NCBI RefSeq assembly: GCF_009914755.1
Contig: NC_060928.1
Source of the DNA: the human T2T-CHM13v2.0 reference genome, Homo sapiens
DNA length: 64,000 nt
Strand: one strand, 5' to 3'
Below, one piece after another: positions 1 to 12,483 of this stretch (positions are counted from its first letter, which is position 1; each line of letters starts with the position of its first letter). The notes below the pieces were generated by a model. The model did no database searches and had not been told where the DNA came from. It saw only the letters and a list, made by a program, of their open reading frames with translations. The position numbers were made by a program, and so were the translations under genes.

Positions 1-674
1 GTGAGGTCAGGCATCAGCCCTGTTACCACCTGCTTGCCCCTCCCCCATCCCCATCCTCCCCTCCCTAAGACCTCATGAAGAATACTGATAACACCTGAAG
101 TGGGAGTTCCTGCTCTCACAATCTAGTTGGGGGTGGGGAGAGCTATTGCTTAATCCAGTAGCAATGTAAAGAAATAATACAAGAACTGTCACAAGGATAT
201 GTTTCATCAGTAGTCAAACCAGTAGGTGGAGAAGGCTTAAAATGGCCTTTGGGGAATGCACAGTTACTAGTAAAGAGAGAATGAAAACTTTTGAACAGCA
301 GTCTATTTTGTGACTTAGGCTGGTTGCATGGGATGGGAGATAACGTGTGAGATACGATTTGGGTTCCTGTATAAACTGTTAGACAATAGTAAATTGGAGA
401 AAGAGGAAGAGAGAAAATAATTCACGAATGAAAAGCAAAATTCTGAGCTTGAGCCATCTGTAAACAGAATATGTGGAAATTCTAACTTGAGTTATTAAAA
501 AAGTTGGTCAGCAAGATTTGAGTAGCTATTGAATGAAGGAAAATGACTGTGATTATTCAGCTCCTAACTAGATAATTGTCTTTGTTCATATTTTGAATTT
601 CGATTCTCATTCCTGAAGAATGAATGTACAATCTGAAAAGTAACTAAATTAAAGATTTCAGTAATAACAGCAAC

Positions 675-920
675 AATAATAGTTTACATATATTGAATCC
701 TTACTTTGGGCCTAATACATATTCTACATGTATTTGGTTGTTTATTTGTAACAACCACCCTCTATTGCAAGTCCGATGGAATCCCAACTTTATAGATGAG
801 ACTGTTGTGGTATAGAGAGGTGAACTCTTTGTCCAAGTTTATTCACTTAATTAATTGTAGAGCCAGGATTCAATCTCAGGTGTTCTAACTTCAGAGCTGT
901 GCTCTCTGATCTTGCACTAC
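675..920 (-). mobile_element. MIR SINE
   Basis: Reverse MIR core: tttatagatgag...gagaggtgaactctttgtccaag...gagccaggattcaatctcagg. Confidence 0.75.
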
Positions 921-1016
921 AGTTTTTAACAACACAGACAAGTACACATGGGCTACATTAAAAGGTGGATATGTAGACGCTAGCTGGGTAATTTCAGATA
1001 AACACTGAAGACAATA

Positions 1017-1193
1017 TAGATGGTCCCTGACTTACCATGATTCAGCTTACGATTTTTGACTTTTCAATGGGTTTATCGGTGTGTAACCCTGTCATAAGTC
1101 TGAGCACATCTGGACTTAAGATGTCTTATGATTCTTCAAGTTTACAGTGGGTTTGTTGCAGGGTGTAACCCCTTGTAAGTCGAGGAACATCTG
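1017..1193. mobile_element. MER47-like (TcMar-Tigger) MITE, tandem dimer
   Basis: Starts (t)agatggtccctgacttac and ends gtaagtcgaggaacatctg (inverted termini); TA at 1015-1016 and 1194-1195; internal second right end at 1112. Confidence 0.7.
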
Positions 1194-1220
1194 TACATGG
1201 TAATATGAAAGAGAATGGGA

Positions 1221-1526
1221 GGCTGGTGCGGTGGTTCATGCTTGTAATCCCAGCGCTTTGGGAGGCCTAGGCAGGCGAATCACTTGAGGTCCGGAGTTTG
1301 AGACCAGCCTGGCCAACATGGTGAAACCCTGTCTCTACTAAAAATACAAAAATTAGCCAGGCATGGTAGCACACCCCTGTAATCCCAGCTACTCAGGAGG
1401 CTGAGGCAGGATAATTGCTTGAAGCCAGGAGGCGGAGGTTGCAGTAAGTGGAGCTCGCGCCACTACACTCAAGCCTGGGCAACAAAACGAGACTCCATCT
1501 CAAAAAAAAAAAATTAAAAACAAAAA
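1221..1526 (+). mobile_element. AluS, full length
   Basis: Dimeric Alu with A tail; TSD gaaagagaatggg at 1207-1219 and 1527-1539. Confidence 0.95.
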
Positions 1527-1544
1527 GAAAGAGAATGGGTTGGA

Positions 1545-1790
1545 AGGGACCACTCAGGGAATGTCAGGGAAGGTGATGGCCAGAGCAGAGTCTTCAGGAG
1601 TAAGTGTAAGACTATCATGCAAATCTGGCGGAAAAGCATTCCAGGCAGAGGGAACAGAAGTGCAAAATTCCTGAGGTTGGAATGAGGCTGGAGTATTTGA
1701 AGCCAGTATGGCCGGAGTTTGTTGAGTTTGGAGGTAGTACAGTACGGGATGAGCTTGAAGATGTAGTCAGGACTCAGATGATGGGGGTGT
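1545..1790 (-). mobile_element. L2 fragment
   Basis: L2 motif agcattccaggcagagggaacagaagtgcaaa...ctgagg. Confidence 0.6.
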
Positions 1791-2514
1791 GTGGCTCTTG
1801 TGGTCTGTTATTAGGGTGATTATTTGTTTTAGTTTACATTTGCTGCCCATTAGCCATTATTATCCTTTCACTCTCAGAAGTGTCCTGGGTTGGATGGTAA
1901 ATTATATGGATGTCTTGCTTAAAGTGTATTTTCCTAGATAAATAAAATGAGTAATAACCCTTTTTGGCCACAGTTTGTGGGCCAGATGCACAAGTAAACA
2001 ATTGTGCTGGGTAAGACAAAAACTGTATTAGTTAAGTCCACTGAGTCCTGTGGGAGCACAGAGAAAGGAGCATCTAGTGTATGGGACTGGATGCTGTCAG
2101 AGAGCTTGTCTTATAAAAAGAGATGCTGGAGAGATGAGGACAGAGGAGACTGTGCAACAGCATAAATAACTGTGACCAATCCTGGGGACTACATGGCTGA
2201 AAATTGGGTTGGAGAGGGGTGGAATGGAAGAGAGGACTCTAGAAAGATAAATAGAATCTGAGCCATGAAAGACTTTGAATGGTCAGAGCTGGGCTATAAG
2301 GAATAATCTGGAAACAGTGCAAGCTAGATTTTAGTGAGGAGAGAATTATGTCCGAAGGATATAATGAAGCTTAAACTAAGGAGAAGGACCTAGAAACTGA
2401 ATACAGAGGAAGAGATTATGGAAGTATAATAGAATTGCCCAGTGGGAGGAGGAATCATTCTTGATGGTAAAGGAAAGGATGTTGATGCCTTTAGAAGGAA
2501 TACCGCTGTCCAAA

Positions 2515-2705
2515 GCACTGGCTCTCAAACTTCTTTAGGCTTCGGAGTCACCTAGAGGGTGTGAGAAAACGGATTACTTGGCCCCATCCCCCGAATTTCT
2601 GATTGAGTAGATTTAGGGTAGAGCAGATAATTTGCATTTCTAACTAGTTCCCCGGGGATGCTGATGCTGCTGGTCCAGGGATCATGCTTTGAGGAGTGCC
2701 AGTCT
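2515..2705. mobile_element. MER5A (hAT-Charlie)
   Basis: ctcaaactt...tttctgattgagtag...tttgcatttctaactagttccccggggatgctgatgctgctggtcca. Confidence 0.8.
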
Positions 2706-3433
2706 AGAGGTTATATAGATTTGGGGGCTGCAAAATGAAAATGAAAAATTTGGTTTGGTTTGGCATATAGTATTTTATAGAACACAGGTCAGTCAAGTGA
2801 AGGTGTCTTAACCAGGTCGATGGAGCTCAGAATGGAATCAGAAGTGGATGCATTTCATTGGCCAGAGGGTGGTGTCTGAAGCACAGGGAGTGGGTTGGTA
2901 AGTTAAAGGAGCCTGTGTGGATGGAGGAGAAAAATGTGTGTATTAAGAAGAAACATGGAAAATGCCTTCTTTTAGGCTCTAGGAGGTTGGTGGGGAGAGA
3001 TGAAAGAAGGCATAGACAGAAGTAAAATGACTTAGACGATATTGCCTAACCGTGAGCAAAAATAATTTCTTTAAGGACAGGGCCATCAACAAATTCAGAT
3101 GTTAAAATGTTTGAGAACTGATTAGAATGAAAGCTGAAACGAGTGGCTGTGGAAGCATTACCTGCCTGCTAACCTAACCAGTAGTACTTTGGTCTAGAGA
3201 GGGACTACAGCAGCATCATCATTAGCATCTCAGTAAATATTGTGGCCCAGAAAAACTGGTTCAGATGATAAAGAAGTTCAGGTCGTGAAGAGTCATCTTC
3301 ACTATGGGAAAAATACAAATAGAGAAAAAGTTTTATTAGAGAACTGTAACTATCAAAGAGGAACTTAACCCATTTTTGGTTATATCTGGGCTACCATAAC
3401 TTTATGTGCCTTTCCACCTCTCCCTATCCGCAA

Positions 3434-3436
<3 letters not shown>

Positions 3437-3486
<50 letters not shown>

Positions 3487-3500
3487 CGCGCGTGCGCACA
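3437..3500. repeat. (TG)22 microsatellite plus CG/CA alternating tail
   Basis: Read directly; 64 bp of uninterrupted purine-pyrimidine alternation. Confidence 0.95.
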
Positions 3501-4787
3501 GACACCTATGTATATATATTTTAGTTGTGATCATATATAATACTATATAAGATAGATATTGCAACACATATTAGTCTTTTTTTACTCATGTCTGAAATCT
3601 GGTGATTTGAAAAGCTGTGACTAGAAAACCAATTTAATATTTAAAGTTGGAAAATAAATTTTATTCTGAGAACATGAGGCAATTTTTAGTTTTTAGTACA
3701 TTAATTTGACTGAAGGATATTAAAAAAACAATAGCAAAACTATGCTATTCTCAGCGTAGAGAAAATGTATGCTCAGCATTTCAATACTCTTAGTTTTTAA
3801 AAATGAGGTTTATCATTAAATTATAGTTCAGCCCTGTGATCCTGAAAGCAACACTGAGACAACATGAACTGCAGTCACCTAGGGCCTATGTCTTTTTGGA
3901 AAGGGAAGAGCTAACTTTCAGTTGCTTAATTTGCTAAGAATCCTGAATATTTCCAAATGAGAAATGTTCTCATTTCTGCACCATTATAAATTCCCTTCTG
4001 GGCTTCCCAGCCTTGGAAGCATTTTCAGGCATCACTCCCAAGAAGCATTTAAACATGCCGACAGGGAGACCTGATTCACTTCACTGAATACAAGAACTGG
4101 TACACTGAAACTTGAGGAAAAATTTAACTTTACATTATCTAATTAGGTTTATAGAATTGGTGCAGAGCAGCCTGGTTTCCCAAATCTAGAAGGTACGATT
4201 AACTATAGTATTATATCAATACCAACTAGTCTGCGAATAGGCTTCTAAGCAATAGGAATCTGTTATTACAAAGAATATTTTAAACTGGATGAGTTAAAAT
4301 TAAGTCACATACTATCGGAAACCATTTTGTATGAGAATAGAGTAGATGACCTAGTCATTTTTTAATTTTAATTTTTACCAATTCCCTGGGTTTAGGAATA
4401 CATCTGAGCCTCAAGAGGTATGCTACTGTCTTCAGTAGTAAACTTAACATGCTCAGTGATTATCTGGCTTAAGTGTAATTTTGGCATTTGTAGTTACCTT
4501 TATGAAATTATTTTTTATGCATAGCTGTTTACTATGAAAACTATGTATTCACTGGTAAAGCTATGCTTCCTATGAAAACTGTGTATTCGCTGGTATCTTA
4601 TAAAAAGAAATGGTATTATTTATTATGTAAGTATATCTTAAATAGGCAGTAACTGAGAAATTGCCAAAACTTTTTTGGAGCGAGTTCACTCTTATCAGAA
4701 GTTGGGTATGTCAGCATTTTTATTTATTAAACTGTTTGTATTAATAATTCTCCTTTAACTTTTAGTTTTCCTTTTAATAGAAACATC

Positions 4788-4913
4788 AGCCAGGTGTGGT
4801 GGCTCATGCTTATAATTCTAGCATTTTGGGAGCCTGAGCCTGGAGGATTGCTTGAGGCTAGAAGCCTGGGCAATATAGCAAGACCTTGTCGCTTATAAAA
4901 CAAACAAACCAAA
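4788..4913 (+). mobile_element. FLAM / free left Alu monomer
   Basis: Single Alu arm ending gcaagaccttgtc plus A-rich (caaa) tail. Confidence 0.85.
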
Positions 4914-5712
4914 CCTGATAAGATATTCTTTAATGTGAGCAAGGTTTGCAAGTAGCTTTTTCAACTGTGCAAATGCCCAACTCCTTCTACAAGTGGAACC
5001 CTTGATTTAAAACCAACCCATTGATTCTAGTTATTAAAGTAAAACAATAGTTTCAATTCCTAATGTAGTATGAAGAGACCCCTTTGAACCATTTCACAGA
5101 ATTTTAAGAATTAATACTTGTAGAGAAGTGATATCATGACAACATCAATGTAGTATCTTTATGCATCTGTGAGAATTTGGTTTTTAAAAAATATATTCCT
5201 TAGAAAGCCTAAATAGAAAACAAAACAAAACAAAAGAACAGTAAGGTACAGTTGTACATTGCAAAAAAGAAGTCCTTAAGTCATGATGCGTGAAGTTCTC
5301 TAGAAGTTCTTGTCAGTACTTACTGCTGTACTTCAAATTTTTTATTCTGTAGATATGAAGTAAATATTTTATATACTTTTTATTAACATTTATTATCGCA
5401 AAAATAGTTCCCTTACAACCCTAGCATAAATTAAAACTATCAGTATACTTAAGTGAGTCATGCAAGTGTCATTTTGCCAGGATATATAAAAGATATCTGA
5501 GTAATGATATTTAGAAATGGAAAATGTGAAAATAGCATCATTATAGGAAGATTCCAAATCTGTTTAGATTTATAGGTTATGGTCATTTATATAAACATTT
5601 TAAAAATGACAGGAACAGTCTAATTACGTTAAGTCAATTAAGTTTTTTTTTTGCTTGATTGTTTAATGCTCTTATGAAAAACACATATTTGTAAAAGAAA
5701 TTATTTGCCTAG

Positions 5713-6064
<352 letters not shown>

Positions 6065-8040
6065 TAATGAAAGCCTGTGTACCTGGAAGTCAAAGGTATA
6101 CTTTGCATAGCCATTTCAAAACTTGTCTTAGGTATTTTCTAAAATGTTTGTCTCATTGGATATAGGTTTTGATTGTGCTTACTTGAGAAGACTTAAATCT
6201 TTACCCTTCTCCTGGTAGTTTTCTTCTGGCAGTTCAGTATTTTGCCATGCAATTTTTATTAGACAATTTGATCATTGTGTTTCTTATTGCCTAATCCAAC
6301 AGATTTAATCTTTTAATCTCAAATACAGCAAGGTGTGCTGTGCCTTTACAGTCTGTTTGCAGAGTTTTACATCTTCGTTTGAAAGGAAGTGTTTAAACAC
6401 CCCTGTTCAAAAATCTGCTAGTTCTTGCCAGGATGATTTAAAATGAATTTTAAAAATCCATTAGATTTTTGGCAAATAAGCTCTCAATTATGGTACAGAA
6501 TAAATGACTACAAAGTGCTTTTTAGAGTAATGGAATAGAAATGACTGAAATTTTATTACTTTACACATGCAGATTTTTCTACTGTGGTAGATGTTCTTAA
6601 ACTAAAAGATTACTGTCAAGATTGGAAATTTTTATCACTTAAAATATATAATTATATTTGAACATTTAAGCAGAAGATTGCTGGAATGGGGATATACAGG
6701 CCTGCAGTTTCGTTAACTGTTGCTCCCTGTGTGATGGCCTCAGAGGAAATTCTAAGTCCAGTGTTCGTCAAAGAGGCTGGAGAATGTTTCCCTTTTAGTG
6801 ATCAGTGAAAATAAATTTGCTTACAGTCCAGGGAGATCATGGTAGTAGAGAAAAAAATACTTTAGTAAATAATTTTCTAAAATTCTCTATTCTAAAAATA
6901 TACTAAGAAAGGATGATTTTTAAATACCTTGGTATTTTAAAGAAATACATTTTCTGTATGAAATTAAGATAACTCTATTCCTCTTCTTATAGCTAACATT
7001 TAGACTCTAAATCATGGCACATGTAACACTTCTATTTTAAAATAAATGTAGGGTACGTGAAAGCACAGTTGTTAACTTTGAAAATTTTGAAGAGTGGAAT
7101 CACCTACAGACATAATAAAGCTGAAAATACCATGGCTTTTCCCAGGTCCTGCTGTTTGCTTAGCCTGAGAAAGGAACTGCCGGTATCATCCAAGTATTGG
7201 TCAAAATACATATATACTGTATGGTCATTCTCATATTATTTTTCCCAGTGTCCTATTTGAAAATCTGAGGAAGGTTTTAATGAATGCGGCTTCGTCTTAC
7301 TTTCCATTAATTATGACTGCAAGAAGAGTACAGCCACTCTTGTTTGATCAGCCTATACACTATGACTAAATGGAAAGTGAATCACAGCCAGAGAGTCTAA
7401 TAGTTTCACAGTGGTAAAATCATGTTTTGTAAGAAGCAGTTATCATCCTTGACCACCGCTCTGTTAACTGGTAACAGTAAGATAAAAGTAAATGTTAAAA
7501 TCTTTCTTATATGTTGGCAAAAATCACTTCCTAAAGATAAATGAATGGCTTGAAACATTTATTCTTATTTGCAACTACTTCTTTAGCTTAAGTGACAGGT
7601 ACTTATGTTTAAAAATAACATGTCTTGTGTAATGATTTATGATTCTGCATTTATAAATGCAGAAAGAATAACTAAAAGGAAGTTGTAAGTGTCAGTTAAG
7701 GAATAGATGCTTTTTTAAATATAGAAAATTAGAAAACTTAAGGTAAGAGCAAAAGTAATATACATTTGTTCAGTATTTTTGTTTTCTGGTGAATTGAGAT
7801 ACTTTTCCTACTATTCCTTTAATTCTTTTTAAAAATAACTACAATCTATTTTTTTCTCCCTTGGAACAGTGGATTCCTTTCTCTGATTATGAGGCCTGGA
7901 ATTTGAGTGATTCATTGGTCAGTTTCTTTTGGGTTCCAGTGGGTGCTAAAAGTAAGAATGATTATTTTAAGGATAAAAAATGTCAGTTGTATATTTTATT
8001 GACTGCAGGTAGCTAGAAAAAGTAAACTTGCCATGTGGGC

Positions 8041-8086
8041 ACACAGCGTGTTGCCTCTGAATGATGAGGCAAGCAGGTTACTCATA

Positions 8087-8124
<38 letters not shown>

Positions 8125-8165
8125 CGTGTTGCCCCGAATGATGAGGCTAGCAGGTTACTCTTAAT

Positions 8166-8197
<32 letters not shown>

Positions 8198-8468
8198 AAC
8201 AGCGTGTTGCCTCTGAATGATGAGGCTAGTAGGTTACTCATAATACACACACACACACACACACACACACAGCTTTTTCTCTATGTACCTGATTCTTTTA
8301 AATTAAAGATAACCAAACCTTTGAATGATGAGGCTAGCAGGTTACTCATAATACACACACACACACACACACACTCTGCTTTTTCTCTATGTACCTGATA
8401 CTTTTAAATTAAAGATAACCAAACCTTTGAATGGTGAGGCTAGCAGGTTACTCATAATCCACACACAT

Positions 8469-8521
<53 letters not shown>

Positions 8522-8577
8522 TTTTTCTCTGTGTACCTGATACTTTTTAATTAAAGGTAAAAGGTAACCGAACCTTT
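8041..8577. repeat. Compound tandem array: five copies of a 30-bp block, each followed by (AC)n, with two alternative linkers
   Basis: gaatgatgaggctagcaggttactcataat (with variants) starts at 8059, 8136, 8215, 8323, 8429; AC tracts of 17, 13, 13, 11 and 3+24 units. Confidence 0.95.
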
Positions 8578-8905
8578 AACTCTTGAGCCAGTGATAATGA
8601 GAAAATAAAATTTCATTTCTAAAATTAGAGATAATGGAACTTAAAAAAAATGTGTTCTCTGTGTCATCTCTGTGCACCCCCTCCCACTATTCCTCTCACA
8701 CGCTGCACTTTTTTTTTTTTTTTAAAGCTGCATTAATAGGCTGTTATATCCTTTGAAATACCACAGGTCTTGAGAGGGATGAATGATGAAATGTAAAGAT
8801 CAGTGATTGAGCAGGAATGGGAGAAAGATTAGGGATTGGGTTTTCTGGCACAAGGCTCCTTTCTGTCAAAGGACTGCAAATTTTCCTGGGTTGACGTGGG
8901 CTTAA

Positions 8906-10081
8906 TTTTTTTTTTTTCCCCAAGGCAGAAGAATTTTTCTTAGTACAGAACAAAATGGAGTCTCCTATGTCTACTTCTTTCTACACAGACACAGTAACAA
9001 TCTGATCTCTCTTTCTTTTCCCCACATTTCCCCCTTTTCTATTCGACAAAACCGCCATCGTCATCATGGCCCGTTCTCAATGAGCTGTTGGGTACACCTC
9101 CCAGACGGGGCGGCCGGGCAGAAGCGCCCCCCCACCTCCCAGACGGGGCGGCGGCCGGGCGGGGTCTGCCCCCCACCTCCCGGACGGGGCGGCTGGCCTG
9201 GCAGGGACTGCCCCCCACCTCCCTGACGGCGCGGCTGGCCGGGCGGGGACTGTCCCCCACCTCCCAGACGGGGCGGCTGCCGGGCGGAGACGCTCATCAC
9301 TTCCCAGACGGGGCGGCTGCCGGGTGGAGGGGCTCCTCACTTCTCAGACGGGGCGGCCAGGCAGAGACGCTCCTCACCTCCCAGACGGGGTCGCGGCCGG
9401 GCAGAGGCGCTCTTCACATCTCAGACGGGTCGGTGGGGCAGAGGCGCTCCCCACATTCCAGACGATGGGCGGCCGGGCAGAGACGCTCCTCACTTCCTAG
9501 ACAGGATGAGGGTCGGGAAGAGGCTCTCCTCACTTCCCAGACTGGGCGGCGGGGCAGAGGGGCTCCTCACATCCCAGACGATGGGCGGCCAGGCAGAGAC
9601 GCTCCTCACTTCCTAGACGGGGTGGCGGCCGGGCAGAGGCTGCAATCTCGGCACTTTGGGAGGCCAAGGCAGGCGGCTGGGAGGTGGAGGTTGTAGCGAG
9701 CCGAGATCACGCCACTGCACTCCAGCCTGGGCAACATTGAGCACTGAGTGAGCGAGACTCCGTCTGCAATCCCTGCACCTAGGGAGGCTGAGGCTGGCAG
9801 ATCACTCGCGGTCAGGAGCTGGAGACCAGCCCGACCAACACGGCGAAACCCCGTCTCCACCAAGAAATATGAAAACCAGTCAGGCATGGTGGCGCCCGCC
9901 TGCAATCCCAGGCACTCGGCAGGCTGAGGCAGGAGAATCAGGCAGGGAGATTGCAGTGGGTCGAGATGGCGGCAGTACAGTCCAGCCTCGGCTCGGCATC
10001 AGAGGGAGACCAGGGAGAGGGAGCTCGGCATCAGAGGGAGACCAGGGAGAGGGAGAGGGAGGGGGAGGGGGAGGGGGAGAA
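8906..10081 (-). mobile_element. SVA retrotransposon (old SVA_A/B-like), 3'-truncated SINE-R
   Basis: Hexamer-like GGGAGA/GGGGGA run 10043-10080, Alu-like region about 9640-10000, GC-rich VNTR about 9095-9640, short SINE-R 8918-9090, T12 at 8906-8917; TSD gtgggcttaattt at 8896-8908 and 10082-10094. Confidence 0.96.
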
Positions 10082-11734
10082 GTGGGCTTAATTTAAAATT
10101 GCCTTATATATGCAGTGATGAAAATCAAATCAAATTTAAATTACTATATGGAACAACTTCCTGATAATGTAAAAAAAAAACTGATTTAGGAGAGGGTTTT
10201 CGGTACTTTGAAATATTAATATTATGAAAGTTGAACACTGATGTTTCAATCTGCTTCACTCCATCCCCATTACTTCTTGTCAGCTGTCTATGAGCATTGG
10301 GCCACTTGCCACAGTTTTACATGATAACCATATTTAAGTGGTAAAAAAGATCAGAACATATACAGTGCCTTCTTAAGTCAGGTTCCTGATTTATTTCTGG
10401 TACTATCCATTTAGATACATATTAATTTACCTAATTTCTTAAATCCATGGACCAGTACTGATATTCCTGTTTGTCTTTATTTAGGATTTTGCATGTGTAC
10501 GTTAAAAAATACATTGGTAACAGCTGACTGACAACCAAAAAAGTAAAAAAGCAAAACAAAAATCACCGTGCTTTGACAGGTTTGTCATGAAGCAAAATGC
10601 ATGAGAAATTTGATCTGTTTCAGTTTGCTTGTTATCAGTCAGAAATCACCTTTGCTTTGCCCAGAGAAGACTCAGGTTCACTGAATTCTCTTCACCACTC
10701 CGTGAAAGTGTGTAGCAGCATGGACAGCCCATGTTATGTACAGAGTAAATGGTGCACTGGGTGGCATGTGGAATCTTGAAAGGACAGTGTCTCTTAGATG
10801 CTTAACTTACTACTGGGAGTGAAGAAGATCAATGAATCTCAAAAAAAAAAAAAAAGTGGAAAAATTCCTTTTGGGGAAAAGAAGCTAGTATAATTTAGGG
10901 TTTTAATTACTATCATACTTGATTGAGAGAAATCCCTTACTCTTAAAATAATACAGGTACTGCATTTCTTATTTTATAATACTGCTTAAATGCTTCCTGT
11001 CCTAGGCAGTATAATGAATTAAAATGTAGTAGATATTTAGCACAAGCAAAAAGGACTTACAGTTTAGGAATACTAAATTCAGAACTCTGTATTGTAACAA
11101 GTTACCAGGAAGTAGTGGGGGTTAAATCTGTGCTGCTGGGAAAGTGTGTTTTGTTTTGTTTTTTTAATTTCCTTGTATACATCTTAGAGTCTGCAGTTTG
11201 TATGAACCGTGTGCTAGTCAAGAAAGAGATAAATAAGCATTATTTAGGTTCAAGAGATTTAGCAATCTTATGGTTTTGGGATAAGCTGCTATCCTAGTGA
11301 TGTTTTCTTGTCACTGTCTCACTGAGATTTTGAAAAACTCAAACACATCCTTAATCAATTTGAAAGATTCCTAGGGAAATTACATTCAACTTGATTATGG
11401 TATTCCTTATGAGAGCTTGGGCATAGGGCAAGGAGAGTGAACTTTAAGGTGTAGGAAGAAGATAAGTATGTGCCACATAAAAGGAGGAGGGGCCTGCTAT
11501 ATAGTACAAGGTCATGGCTTAAGCCAATCATTTGTCATGGGGTTGGGGAGTCTGAAGGATGAGTGGGTCTATTTTAAAAAAAAATTGCGTTGATAACCAT
11601 GAACATTAATCCTTATGAATACTAAATGTTCTAGAGAAATTATATTGATGTGTAATTTTCCTTATTGTGAAACATATAGCTCCCCAAGGACAAGGTGGCA
11701 GCTGGCGGATTAAAAATAAAAGCTGACATCATTA

Positions 11735-11895
11735 TATAGTAAAAGTACACATGGACTCTGACATGGGTTAAAATGCTGGTGCAATCACTGTTAATAGCGT
11801 TAGTGAGTTTCGCTGAGTGATTTACTTTCTGAGAGCTTCCTTTTCCTCATCTGTAAAGTAGACATAAAATCAACTTCATAGCAATGTTCTTGTGC
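11735..11895 (+). mobile_element. MIR fragment
   Basis: MIR core ttttcctcatctgtaaagtag. Confidence 0.6.
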
Positions 11896-12157
11896 TTCCT
11901 TTAGATACGTTTATCAGAGCTTCTATGGCTGGGTTTAACTTGCACTTTTATACATACTGTTTTTCCTTCCTTCTGTTCCTTCTTCTTGGATGAGCACCAT
12001 AATTTGTACATAGTTTCAAGAGTGCTTTAAAAATGAAAATACTTAAGTTCTGCAAACTTATTATGAATTCATTATTTTGAATTGTAAGTGAAGGAGGGCT
12101 GAATATTGTCTTTTCTCCTGGACTTTTAGACTTTTGCCTTAAAAGTTATATCCTTAA

Positions 12158-12483
<326 letters not shown>

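Noticed and set aside
1-6. Window begins with gtgagg, like a splice donor
   Set aside because: No upstream exon is visible and the window boundary may be arbitrary
8041-8577. CRISPR-like appearance (30-bp repeat with spacers)
   Set aside because: Primate DNA; the spacers are (AC)n plus two recurring linkers rather than unique sequences, and there are no cas genes
9039-10096. Overlapping GC-rich ORFs up to 202 aa
   Set aside because: Stop-poor translations of the SVA VNTR and Alu-like region
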